A model generated the notes under the pieces. It was not told the DNA's origin, did no database searches, and saw nothing but the letters and a program-made list of their open reading frames with translations. From Eledone cirrhosa (lineage: Eukaryota), in NCBI GenBank assembly GCA_964016885.1, contig OZ024747.1, forward strand, positions 47,554,001 to 47,618,000: 64,000 nucleotides of DNA, written 5' to 3'. The translations under genes and the position numbers were made by a program. Positions within the stretch are counted from its first letter, which is position 1; every line of letters starts with the position of its first letter. This document shows, in pieces, positions 24,630 through 37,423 of the stretch.

Positions 24630-27600
24630 TAGCTAGCAAGAAGGTAATGATTGAGATGGGTCTATGCATTTAACAAGCGATTAACAAAAATACAAAATTT
24701 GTTCAGTTAAATACGTCCAAAAACCTAAACGTATTTAGCACTTAATAGGAACAGAAAATGTAGTTTGTTTTAGCGATAGAATGGCTATTTGGACTTGAAA
24801 TACGAAATGAGAGAGAGAGAGGAGAGAGAGATGAAGTCTGTACCTTACGTTTACATGATTTTCGTTCGGACAGCAGGCAAAGAAATGAAATTTGGCGAAG
24901 TGAATTCCTATCATATATTTATAGGGAGAGAGAGAGAGAGAGAGAGGGAGTGCGAGGGTAGGGGGCCACATGATGGCTGTGGGTGTTAGGCGTTTGACCG
25001 CCCCGTGCCTTCGAAGAAGGAAGAAGGAAAGGATTTTGCTTTTTTTTGGGGTTTGAAAATACGTTAGGAATTAAGGTTTGAAAATAGCTAGCAAGAAGGT
25101 AATGATTGAGATGGGTCTATGCATTTAACAAGCGATTAACAAAAATACAAAATTTGTTCAGTTAAATACGTCCAAAAACCTAAACGTATTTAGCACTTAA
25201 TAGGAACAGAAAATGTAGTTTGTTTTAGCGATAGAATGGCTATTTGGACTTGAAATACGAAATGAGAGAGAGAGAGGAGAGAGAGATGAAGTCTGTACCT
25301 TACGTTTACATGATTTTCGTTCGGACAGCAGGCAAAGAAATGAAATTTGGCGAAGTGAATTCCTATCATATATTTATAGGGAGAGAGAGAGAGAGAGAGA
25401 GGGAGTGCGAGGGTAGGGGGCCACATGATGGCTGTGGGTGTTAGGCGTTTGACCGCCCCGTGCCTTCGAAGAAGGAAGAAGGAAAGGATTTTGCTTTTTT
25501 TTGGGGTTTGAAAATACGTTAGGAATTAAGGTTTGAAAATAGCTAGCAAGAAGGTAATGATTGAGATGGGTCTATGCATTTAACAAGCGATTAACAAAAA
25601 TACAAAATTTGTTCAGTTAAATACGTCCAAAAACCTAAACGTATTTAGCACTTAATAGGAACAGAAAATGTAGTTTGTTTTAGCGATAGAATGGCTATTT
25701 GGACTTGAAATACGAAATGAGAGAGAGAGAGGAGAGAGAGATGAAGTCTGTACCTTACGTTTACATGATTTTCGTTCGGACAGCAGGCAAAGAAATGAAA
25801 TTTGGCGAAGTGAATTCCTATCATATATTTATAGGGAGAGAGAGAGAGAGAGAGAGGGAGTGCGAGGGTAGGGGGCCACATGATGGCTGTGGGTGTTAGG
25901 CGTTTGACCGCCCCGTGCCTTCGAAGAAGGAAGAAGGAAAGGATTTTGCTTTTTTTTGGGGTTTGAAAATACGTTAGGAATTAAGGTTTGAAAATAGCTA
26001 GCAAGAAGGTAATGATTGAGATGGGTCTATGCATTTAACAAGCGATTAACAAAAATACAAAATTTGTTCAGTTAAATACGTCCAAAAACCTAAACGTATT
26101 TAGCACTTAATAGGAACAGAAAATGTAGTTTGTTTTAGCGATAGAATGGCTATTTGGACTTGAAATACGAAATGAGAGAGAGAGAGGAGAGAGAGATGAA
26201 GTCTGTACCTTACGTTTACATGATTTTCGTTCGGACAGCAGGCAAAGAAATGAAATTTGGCGAAGTGAATTCCTATCATATATTTATAGGGAGAGAGAGA
26301 GAGAGAGAGAGGGAGTGCGAGGGTAGGGGGCCACATGATGGCTGTGGGTGTTAGGCGTTTGACCGCCCCGTGCCTTCGAAGAAGGAAGAAGGAAAGGATT
26401 TTGCTTTTTTTTGGGGTTTGAAAATACGTTAGGAATTAAGGTTTGAAAATAGCTAGCAAGAAGGTAATGATTGAGATGGGTCTATGCATTTAACAAGCGA
26501 TTAACAAAAATACAAAATTTGTTCAGTTAAATACGTCCAAAAACCTAAACGTATTTAGCACTTAATAGGAACAGAAAATGTAGTTTGTTTTAGCGATAGA
26601 ATGGCTATTTGGACTTGAAATACGAAATGAGAGAGAGAGAGGAGAGAGAGATGAAGTCTGTACCTTACGTTTACATGATTTTCGTTCGGACAGCAGGCAA
26701 AGAAATGAAATTTGGCGAAGTGAATTCCTATCATATATTTATAGGGAGAGAGAGAGAGAGAGAGAGGGAGTGCGAGGGTAGGGGGCCACATGATGGCTGT
26801 GGGTGTTAGGCGTTTGACCGCCCCGTGCCTTCGAAGAAGGAAGAAGGAAAGGATTTTGCTTTTTTTTGGGGTTTGAAAATACGTTAGGAATTAAGGTTTG
26901 AAAATAGCTAGCAAGAAGGTAATGATTGAGATGGGTCTATGCATTTAACAAGCGATTAACAAAAATACAAAATTTGTTCAGTTAAATACGTCCAAAAACC
27001 TAAACGTATTTAGCACTTAATAGGAACAGAAAATGTAGTTTGTTTTAGCGATAGAATGGCTATTTGGACTTGAAATACGAAATGAGAGAGAGAGAGGAGA
27101 GAGAGATGAAGTCTGTACCTTACGTTTACATGATTTTCGTTCGGACAGCAGGCAAAGAAATGAAATTTGGCGAAGTGAATTCCTATCATATATTTATAGG
27201 GAGAGAGAGAGAGAGAGAGAGGGAGTGCGAGGGTAGGGGGCCACATGATGGCTGTGGGTGTTAGGCGTTTGACCGCCCCGTGCCTTCGAAGAAGGAAGAA
27301 GGAAAGGATTTTGCTTTTTTTTGGGGTTTGAAAATACGTTAGGAATTAAGGTTTGAAAATAGCTAGCAAGAAGGTAATGATTGAGAGGGTCTATGCATTT
27401 AACAAGCGATTAACAAAAATACAAAATTTGTTCAGTTAAATACGTCCAAAAACCTAAACGTATTTAGCACTTAATAGGAACAGAAAATGTAGTTTGTTTT
27501 AGCGATAGAATGGCTATTTGGACTTGAAATACGAAATGAGAGAGAGAGAGGAGAGAGAGATGAAGTCTGTACCTTACGTTTACATGATTTTCGTTCGGAC

Positions 27601-30600
27601 AGCAGGCAAAGAAATGAAATTTGGCGAAGTGAATTCCTATCATATATTTATAGGGAGAGAGAGAGAGAGAGAGAGGGAGTGCGAGGGTAGGGGGCCACAT
27701 GATGGCTGTGGGTGTTAGGCGTTTGACCGCCCCGTGCCTTCGAAGAAGGAAGAAGGAAAGGATTTTGCTTTTTTTTGGGGTTTGAAAATACGTTAGGAAT
27801 TAAGGTTTGAAAATAGCTAGCAAGAAGGTAATGATTGAGATGGGTCTATGCATTTAACAAGCGATTAACAAAAATACAAAATTTGTTCAGTTAAATACGT
27901 CCAAAAACCTAAACGTATTTAGCACTTAATAGGAACAGAAAATGTAGTTTGTTTTAGCGATAGAATGGCTATTTGGACTTGAAATACGAAATGAGAGAGA
28001 GAGAGGAGAGAGAGATGAAGTCTGTACCTTACGTTTACATGATTTTCGTTCGGACAGCAGGCAAAGAAATGAAATTTGGCGAAGTGAATTCCTATCATAT
28101 ATTTATAGGGAGAGAGAGAGAGAGAGAGAGGGAGTGCGAGGGTAGGGGGCCACATGATGGCTGTGGGTGTTAGGCGTTTGACCGCCCCGTGCCTTCGAAG
28201 AAGGAAGAAGGAAAGGATTTTGCTTTTTTTTGGGGTTTGAAAATACGTTAGGAATTAAGGTTTGAAAATAGCTAGCAAGAAGGTAATGATTGAGATGGGT
28301 CTATGCATTTAACAAGCGATTAACAAAAATACAAAATTTGTTCAGTTAAATACGTCCAAAAACCTAAACGTATTTAGCACTTAATAGGAACAGAAAATGT
28401 AGTTTGTTTTAGCGATAGAATGGCTATTTGGACTTGAAATACGAAATGAGAGAGAGAGAGGAGAGAGAGATGAAGTCTGTACCTTACGTTTACATGATTT
28501 TCGTTCGGACAGCAGGCAAAGAAATGAAATTTGGCGAAGTGAATTCCTATCATATATTTATAGGGAGAGAGAGAGAGAGAGAGAGGGAGTGCGAGGGTAG
28601 GGGGCCACATGATGGCTGTGGGTGTTAGGCGTTTGACCGCCCCGTGCCTTCGAAGAAGGAAGAAGGAAAGGATTTTGCTTTTTTTTGGGGTTTGAAAATA
28701 CGTTAGGAATTAAGGTTTGAAAATAGCTAGCAAGAAGGTAATGATTGAGATGGGTCTATGCATTTAACAAGCGATTAACAAAAATACAAAATTTGTTCAG
28801 TTAAATACGTCCAAAAACCTAAACGTATTTAGCACTTAATAGGAACAGAAAATGTAGTTTGTTTTAGCGATAGAATGGCTATTTGGACTTGAAATACGAA
28901 ATGAGAGAGAGAGAGGAGAGAGAGATGAAGTCTGTACCTTACGTTTACATGATTTTCGTTCGGACAGCAGGCAAAGAAATGAAATTTGGCGAAGTGAATT
29001 CCTATCATATATTTATAGGGAGAGAGAGAGAGAGAGAGAGGGAGTGCGAGGGTAGGGGGCCACATGATGGCTGTGGGTGTTAGGCGTTTGACCGCCCCGT
29101 GCCTTCGAAGAAGGAAGAAGGAAAGGATTTTGCTTTTTTTTGGGGTTTGAAAATACGTTAGGAATTAAGGTTTGAAAATAGCTAGCAAGAAGGTAATGAT
29201 TGAGAGGGTCTATGCATTTAACAAGCGATTAACAAAAATACAAAATTTGTTCAGTTAAATACGTCCAAAAACCTAAACGTATTTAGCACTTAATAGGAAC
29301 AGAAAATGTAGTTTGTTTTAGCGATAGAATGGCTATTTGGACTTGAAATACGAAATGAGAGAGAGAGAGGAGAGAGAGATGAAGTCTGTACCTTACGTTT
29401 ACATGATTTTCGTTCGGACAGCAGGCAAAGAAATGAAATTTGGCGAAGTGAATTCCTATCATATATTTATAGGGAGAGAGAGAGAGAGAGAGAGGGAGTG
29501 CGAGGGTAGGGGGCCACATGATGGCTGTGGGTGTTAGGCGTTTGACCGCCCCGTGCCTTCGAAGAAGGAAGAAGGAAAGGATTTTGCTTTTTTTGGGGGT
29601 TTGAAAATACGTTAGGAATTAAGGTTTGAAAATAGCTAGCAAGAAGGTAATGATTGAGATGGGTCTATGCATTTAACAAGCGATTAACAAAAATACAAAA
29701 TTTGTTCAGTTAAATACGTCCAAAAACCTAAACGTATTTAGCACTTAATAGGAACAGAAAATGTAGTTTGTTTTAGCGATAGAATGGCTATTTGGACTTG
29801 AAATACGAAATGAGAGAGAGAGAGGAGAGAGAGATGAAGTCTGTACCTTACGTTTACATGATTTTCGTTCGGACAGCAGGCAAAGAAATGAAATTTGGCG
29901 AAGTGAATTCCTATCATATATTTATAGGGAGAGAGAGAGAGAGAGAGAGGGAGTGCGAGGGTAGGGGGCCACATGATGGCTGTGGGTGTTAGGCGTTTGA
30001 CCGCCCCGTGCCTTCGAAGAAGGAAGAAGGAAAGGATTTTGCTTTTTTTTGGGGTTTGAAAATACGTTAGGAATTAAGGTTTGAAAATAGCTAGCAAGAA
30101 GGTAATGATTGAGATGGGTCTATGCATTTAACAAGCGATTAACAAAAATACAAAATTTGTTCAGTTAAATACGTCCAAAAACCTAAACGTATTTAGCACT
30201 TAATAGGAACAGAAAATGTAGTTTGTTTTAGCGATAGAATGGCTATTTGGACTTGAAATACGAAATGAGAGAGAGAGAGGAGAGAGAGATGAAGTCTGTA
30301 CCTTACGTTTACATGATTTTCGTTCGGACAGCAGGCAAAGAAATGAAATTTGGCGAAGTGAATTCCTATCATATATTTATAGGGAGAGAGAGAGAGAGAG
30401 AGAGGGAGTGCGAGGGTAGGGGGCCACATGATGGCTGTGGGTGTTAGGCGTTTGACCGCCCCGTGCCTTCGAAGAAGGAAGAAGGAAAGGATTTTGCTTT
30501 TTTTTGGGGTTTGAAAATACGTTAGGAATTAAGGTTTGAAAATAGCTAGCAAGAAGGTAATGATTGAGAGGGTCTATGCATTTAACAAGCGATTAACAAA

Positions 30601-31556
30601 AATACAAAATTTGTTCAGTTAAATACGTCCAAAAACCTAAACGTATTTAGCACTTAATAGGAACAGAAAATGTAGTTTGTTTTAGCGATAGAATGGCTAT
30701 TTGGACTTGAAATACGAAATGAGAGAGAGAGAGGAGAGAGAGATGAAGTCTGTACCTTACGTTTACATGATTTTCGTTCGGACAGCAGGCAAAGAAATGA
30801 AATTTGGCGAAGTGAATTCCTATCATATATTTATAGGGAGAGAGAGAGAGAGAGAGAGGGAGTGCGAGGGTAGGGGGCCACATGATGGCTGTGGGTGTTA
30901 GGCGTTTGACCGCCCCGTGCCTTCGAAGAAGGAAGAAGGAAAGGATTTTGCTTTTTTTGGGGTTTGAAAATACGTTAGGAATTAAGGTTTGAAAATAGCT
31001 AGCAAGAAGGTAATGATTGAGAGGGTCTATGCATTTAACAAGCGATTAACAAAAATACAAAATTTGTTCAGTTAAATACGTCCAAAAACCTAAACGTATT
31101 TAGCACTTAATAGGAACAGAAAATGTAGTTTGTTTTAGCGATAGAATGGCTATTTGGACTTGAAATACGAAATGAGAGAGAGAGAGGAGAGAGAGATGAA
31201 GTCTGTACCTTACGTTTACATGATTTTCGTTCGGACAGCAGGCAAAGAAATGAAATTTGGCGAAGTGAATTCCTATCATATATTTATAGGGAGAGAGAGA
31301 GAGAGAGAGAGGGAGTGCGAGGGTAGGGGGCCACATGATGGCTGTGGGTGTTAGGCGTTTGACCGCCCCGTGCCTTCGAAGAAGGAAGAAGGAAAGGATT
31401 TTGCTTTTTTTGGGGTTTGAAAATACGTTAGGAATTAAGGTTTGAAAATAGCTAGCAAGAAGGTAATGATTGAGAGGGTCTATGCATTTAACAAGCGATT
31501 AACAAAAATACAAAATTTGTTCAGTTAAATACGTCCAAAAACCTAAACGTATTTAG
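24630..31556 (-). repeat. Tandem array, 15 full monomers (453-455 bp) plus 108 bp, collinear with the RTE
   Basis: Units start TAGCTAGCAAGAAGG at 24630, 25085 ... 31449; near-identical. Confidence 0.98.
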
Positions 31557-34500
31557 ACCCTCTCAATCATTACCTTCTTGCTAGCTATTTTCAAACCTTA
31601 ATTCCTAACGTATTTTCAAACCCCAAAAAAAGCAAAATCCTTTCCTTCTTCCTTCTTCGAAGGCACGGGGCGGTCAAACGCCTAACACCCACAGCCATCA
31701 TGTGGCCCCCTACCCTCGCACTCCCTCTCTCTCTCTCTCTCTCTCCCTATAAATATATGATAGGAATTCACTTCGCCAAATTTCATTTCTTTGCCTGCTG
31801 TCCGAACGAAAATCATGTAAACGTAAGGTACAGACTTCATCTCTCTCTCCTCTCTCTCTCTCATTTCGTATTTCAAGTCCAAATAGCCATTCTATCGCTA
31901 AAACAAACTACATTTTCTGTTCCTATTAAGTGCTAAATACGTTTAGGTTTTTGGACGTATTTAACTGAACAAATTTTGTATTTTTGTTAATCGCTTGTTA
32001 AATGCATAGACCCTCTCAATCATTACCTTCTTGCTAGCTATTTTCAAACCTTAATTCCTAACGTATTTTCAAACCCCAAAAAAAGCAAAATCCTTTCCTT
32101 CTTCCTTCTTCGAAGGCACGGGGCGGTCAAACGCCTAACACCCACAGCCATCATGTGGCCCCCTACCCTCGCACTCCCTCTCTCTCTCTCTCTCTCTCCC
32201 TATAAATATATGATAGGAATTCACTTCGCCAAATTTCATTTCTTTGCCTGCTGTCCGAACGAAAATCATGTAAACGTAAGGTACAGACTTCATCTCTCTC
32301 TCCTCTCTCTCTCTCATTTCGTATTTCAAGTCCAAATAGCCATTCTATCGCTAAAACAAACTACATTTTCTGTTCCTATTAAGTGCTAAATACGTTTAGG
32401 TTTTTGGACGTATTTAACTGAACAAATTTTGTATTTTTGTTAATCGCTTGTTAAATGCATAGACCCATCTCAATCATTACCTTCTTGCTAGCTATTTTCA
32501 AACCTTAATTCCTAACGTATTTTCAAACCCCAAAAAAAAGCAAAATCCTTTCCTTCTTCCTTCTTCGAAGGCACGGGGCGGTCAAACGCCTAACACCCAC
32601 AGCCATCATGTGGCCCCCTACCCTCGCACTCCCTCTCTCTCTCTCTCTCTCTCCCTATAAATATATGATAGGAATTCACTTCGCCAAATTTCATTTCTTT
32701 GCCTGCTGTCCGAACGAAAATCATGTAAACGTAAGGTACAGACTTCATCTCTCTCTCCTCTCTCTCTCTCATTTCGTATTTCAAGTCCAAATAGCCATTC
32801 TATCGCTAAAACAAACTACATTTTCTGTTCCTATTAAGTGCTAAATACGTTTAGGTTTTTGGACGTATTTAACTGAACAAATTTTGTATTTTTGTTAATC
32901 GCTTGTTAAATGCATAGACCCTCTCAATCATTACCTTCTTGCTAGCTATTTTCAAACCTTAATTCCTAACGTATTTTCAAACCCCAAAAAAAGCAAAATC
33001 CTTTCCTTCTTCCTTCTTCGAAGGCACGGGGCGGTCAAACGCCTAACACCCACAGCCATCATGTGGCCCCCTACCCTCGCACTCCCTCTCTCTCTCTCTC
33101 TCTCTCCCTATAAATATATGATAGGAATTCACTTCGCCAAATTTCATTTCTTTGCCTGCTGTCCGAACGAAAATCATGTAAACGTAAGGTACAGACTTCA
33201 TCTCTCTCTCCTCTCTCTCTCTCATTTCGTATTTCAAGTCCAAATAGCCATTCTATCGCTAAAACAAACTACATTTTCTGTTCCTATTAAGTGCTAAATA
33301 CGTTTAGGTTTTTGGACGTATTTAACTGAACAAATTTTGTATTTTTGTTAATCGCTTGTTAAATGCATAGACCCTCTCAATCATTACCTTCTTGCTAGCT
33401 ATTTTCAAACCTTAATTCCTAACGTATTTTCAAACCCCAAAAAAAGCAAAATCCTTTCCTTCTTCCTTCTTCGAAGGCACGGGGCGGTCAAACGCCTAAC
33501 ACCCACAGCCATCATGTGTCCCCCTACCCTCGCACTCCCTCTCTCTCTCTCTCTCTCTCCCTATAAATATATGATAGGAATTCACTTCGCCAAATTTCAT
33601 TTCTTTGCCTGCTGTCCGAACGAAAATCATGTAAACGTAAGGTACAGACTTCATCTCTCTCTCCTCTCTCTCTCTCATTTCGTATTTCAAGTCCAAATAG
33701 CCATTCTATCGCTAAAACAAACTACATTTTCTGTTCCTATTAAGTGCTAAATACGTTTAGGTTTTTGGACGTATTTAACTGAACAAATTTTGTATTTTTG
33801 TTAATCGCTTGTTAAATGCATAGACCCTCTCAATCATTACCTTCTTGCTAGCTATTTTCAAACCTTAATTCCTAACGTATTTTCAAACCCCCAAAAAAGC
33901 AAAATCCTTTCCTTCTTCCTTCTTCGAAGGCACGGGGCGGTCAAACGCCTAACACCCACAGCCATCATGTGGCCCCCTACCCTCGCACTCCCTCTCTCTC
34001 TCTCTCTCTCTCCCTATAAATATATGATAGGAATTCACTTCGCCAAATTTCATTTCTTTGCCTGCTGTCCGAACGAAAATCATGTAAACGTAAGGTACAG
34101 ACTTCATCTCTCTCTCCTCTCTCTCTCTCATTTCGTATTTCAAGTCCAAATAGCCATTCTATCGCTAAAACAAACTACATTTTCTGTTCCTATTAAGTGC
34201 TAAATACGTTTAGGTTTTTGGACGTATTTAACTGAACAAATTTTGTATTTTTGTTAATCGCTTGTTAAATGCATAGACCCTCTCAATCATTACCTTCTTG
34301 CTAGCTATTTTCAAACCTTAATTCCTAACGTATTTTCAAACCCCAAAAAAAGCAAAATCCTTTCCTTCTTCCTTCTTCGAAGGCACGGGGCGGTCAAACG
34401 CCTAACACCCACAGCCATCATGTGGCCCCCTACCCTCGCACTCCCTCTCTCTCTCTCTCTCTCTCCCTATAAATATATGATAGGAATTCACTTCGCCAAA

Positions 34501-36015
34501 TTTCATTTCTTTGCCTGCTGTCCGAACGAAAATCATGTAAACGTAAGGTACAGACTTCATCTCTCTCTCCTCTCTCTCTCTCATTTCGTATTTCAAGTCC
34601 AAATAGCCATTCTATCGCTAAAACAAACTACATTTTCTGTTCCTATTAAGTGCTAAATACGTTTAGGTTTTTGGACGTATTTAACTGAACAAATTTTGTA
34701 TTTTTGTTAATCGCTTGTTAAATGCATAGACCCTCTCAATCATTACCTTCTTGCTAGCTATTTTCAAACCTTAATTCCTAACGTATTTTCAAACCCCAAA
34801 AAAAGCAAAATCCTTTCCTTCTTCCTTCTTCGAAGGCACGGGGCGGTCAAACGCCTAACACCCACAGCCATCATGTGGCCCCCTACCCTCGCACTCCCTC
34901 TCTCTCTCTCTCTCTCTCCCTATAAATATATGATAGGAATTCACTTCGCCAAATTTCATTTCTTTGCCTGCTGTCCGAACGAAAATCATGTAAACGTAAG
35001 GTACAGACTTCATCTCTCTCTCCTCTCTCTCTCTCATTTCGTATTTCAAGTCCAAATAGCCATTCTATCGCTAAAACAAACTACATTTTCTGTTCCTATT
35101 AAGTGCTAAATACGTTTAGGTTTTTGGACGTATTTAACTGAACAAATTTTGTATTTTTGTTAATCGCTTGTTAAATGCATAGACCCTCTCAATCATTACC
35201 TTCTTGCTAGCTATTTTCAAACCTTAATTCCTAACGTATTTTCAAACCCCAAAAAAAGCAAAATCCTTTCCTTCTTCCTTCTTCGAAGGCACGGGGCGGT
35301 CAAACGCCTAACACCCACAGCCATCATGTGGCCCCCTACCCTCGCACTCCCTCTCTCTCTCTCTCTCTCTCCCTATAAATATATGATAGGAATTCACTTC
35401 GCCAAATTTCATTTCTTTGCCTGCTGTCCGAACGAAAATCATGTAAACGTAAGGTACAGACTTCATCTCTCTCTCCTCTCTCTCTCTCATTTCGTATTTC
35501 AAGTCCAAATAGCCATTCTATCGCTAAAACAAACTACATTTTCTGTTCCTATTAAGTGCTAAATACGTTTAGGTTTTTGGACGTATTTAACTGAACAAAT
35601 TTTGTATTTTTGTTAATCGCTTGTTAAATGCATAGACCCATCTCAATCATTACCTTCTTGCTAGCTATTTTCAAACCTTAATTCCTAACGTATTTTCAAA
35701 CCCCAAAAAAAAGCAAAATCCTTTCCTTCTTCCTTCTTCGAAGGCACGGGGCGGTCAAACGCCTAACACCCACAGCCATCATGTGGCCCCCTACCCTCGC
35801 ACTCCCTCTCTCTCTCTCTCTCTCTCTCCCTATAAATATATGATAGGAATTCACTTCGCCAAATTTCATTTCTTTGCCTGCTGTCCGAACGAAAATCATG
35901 TAAACGTAAGGTACAGACTTCATCTCTCTCTCCTCTCTCTCTCTCATTTCGTATTTCAAGTCCAAATAGCCATTCTATCGCTAAAACAAACTACATTTTC
36001 TGTTCCTATTAAGTG

Positions 36016-36018
<3 letters not shown>
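31554..36018 (+). repeat. Inverted portion of the monomer array (~9.8 units of 453-457 bp)
   Basis: Reverse complement of the same monomer; junction TTTAG|ACCC with TAG microhomology; ends AAGTGCTA then (TA)n. Confidence 0.98.
35806..35911 (+). promoter_or_regulatory. Putative core promoter present in every monomer (last copy shown): (CT)n, TATAAA, Inr, downstream donor-like site
   Basis: TATAAATA at 35831, YYANWYY match CCAAATT with its A 30 nt downstream of the TATA start, AAC|GTAAGG at 35906; oriented in the LINE-sense direction of the monomer. Confidence 0.45.
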
Positions 36019-36074
<56 letters not shown>

Positions 36075-36525
36075 TCCTACATATAAGCATGGCAGACAAA
36101 GAAACAACTCTTCTTTTATAACATAGATTGGCTAGTCTGCTCTCGCCTTTTCAGGACCTCATCATAGAGCATTGCAGCATGTTTAAAGAGAAATATGTCC
36201 CCCCCACTAATTCACTTCATTCTTGGATACCCCCAACTCTTATTCCAAGACTGCTCATTTATTTTGGAAAACTAATTTATTTCCCAGCTGATCCCTATAT
36301 CTAAGAGTTACTCTACTATCTACTACCTATGGAAGTACTCTGCCTCAAGTAAAACTTATATTGTAAATATATGAAATTTTTTTAATAGAAAAACATTCTT
36401 TTCTTTCTTACATACTCTATAATGTTCTATCAGGCAAGCAACAATCTTCTCTTATTCTTCTCTTATTCTTGAGAATTAGTGGCTCTACCTGGTGCAACTC
36501 TCTGATCCCTCAACTACACACACTA

Positions 36526-36800
36526 TCATCATCATCATCATCGTCATCATTTTACATCCGGTTTTCCCTGCTTGCAAGGGTGGGATGGGAACTGATTCTG
36601 GCTTGATTTCTACAGCTGGCCCTTCCTAACACCAACCTCATTTACAGTGAGTGCTGGGTGCTTTTTTTTTTTTTGTCGTGGCACCTCCACGACCACTTTG
36701 CAGTGGAATGATAGGGACGCCAGTCCCTATCATCTCATTTCTACAGCTGAGTAAACTGGAGCAATGTGAAATAAAGTGTCTTGCTCAAGGAAACAACAAT
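36526..36800 (-). mobile_element. Partial CORE-like SINE with RTE-type tail
   Basis: Reverse complement of blocks in 49524-49966 (TTTCCTTGAGCAAGACACTTTATTTCACATTGCTCCAG, GGTGTTAGGAAGGG, (GAT)n). Confidence 0.7.
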
Positions 36801-36989
36801 CAAGGAAAATTCTCATTTTAAATCATTGCTTGGAAAACAGTTGTATACTTGTGTTGCAGGCAATAATCTCAGATAATAATTTTCGTTTCTTGTCACATCA
36901 GTTGCCACATGACCATTATCAATGTTCTAAGATTGCTGCTTCATTTATTGTTTATTTTCAATCAAATAATATATGACACTGTTTTTCAG

Positions 36990-37193
36990 ATGGAATGCAG
37001 TATGACTTCAGTATTTTTAAAAAGGAATACCAAACAATTGTTGAAGTAAATGATGAAACCCAAAAATACTCAATGATAGAAGAAGAATATTATGATCCTG
37101 GTAAGAAACGAAGTGCAGTATTTCAATTTGCAGATAAGAAACATACAAGGGTTCTTCAATATAAAGATTTTAAACAAGTCCTATTTATCTCTG
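36990..37193 (+). CDS. Host gene coding exon 2 (DGMQYDFSIFKKEYQTIVEVN...EEYYDPGKKRS...VLFIS)
   Basis: TTTTTCAG acceptor, G|GTAAGT donor, phase 1 to 1, open frame. Confidence 0.85.
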
Positions 37194-37307
37194 GTAAGTG
37201 TATCTTTTATCTTTTACTTTGATTTTACAATAATATATATATATATATATGGGAAAGAGTAGGACCCTGACGGCTGAGCTCAAGCCGTTTCGACGGTTAA
37301 TTCTGGA

Positions 37308-37361
<54 letters not shown>

Positions 37362-37385
37362 ATACAATATATATATATATACATA

Positions 37386-37421
<36 letters not shown>

Positions 37422-37423
<2 letters not shown>

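Larger units (their letters stand above)
20841..36018 (-). mobile_element. Full-length RTE LINE with 11.4-kb 5' monomer array and 5' inversion
   Basis: (GAT)n tail at 20841-20859, 3' UTR, intact ORF, ~230-bp unique 5' UTR, monomer array 24630-36018; (TA)n on both flanks (20822-20840, 36017-36071). Confidence 0.85.

Noticed and set aside
24955-25030. HDV-like ribozyme in the GC-rich part of the monomer
   Set aside because: Small hairpins are present but I could not build the nested double pseudoknot on either strand
31480-31560. Inversion as a long-read fold-back artefact
   Set aside because: The arms carry different variant patterns, the centre is asymmetric, and the far end is in exact register with the break; read-level confirmation is still needed
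24630-36018. Array as CRISPR, or as a tandem gene cluster (66-aa and 78-aa ORFs repeated 25 times)
   Set aside because: No unique spacers or cas genes; the ORFs start at TTG/GTG-type codons, run through GA microsatellites, and one copy is frameshifted by a 2-bp slip; no 5S, tRNA or snRNA sequence recognised
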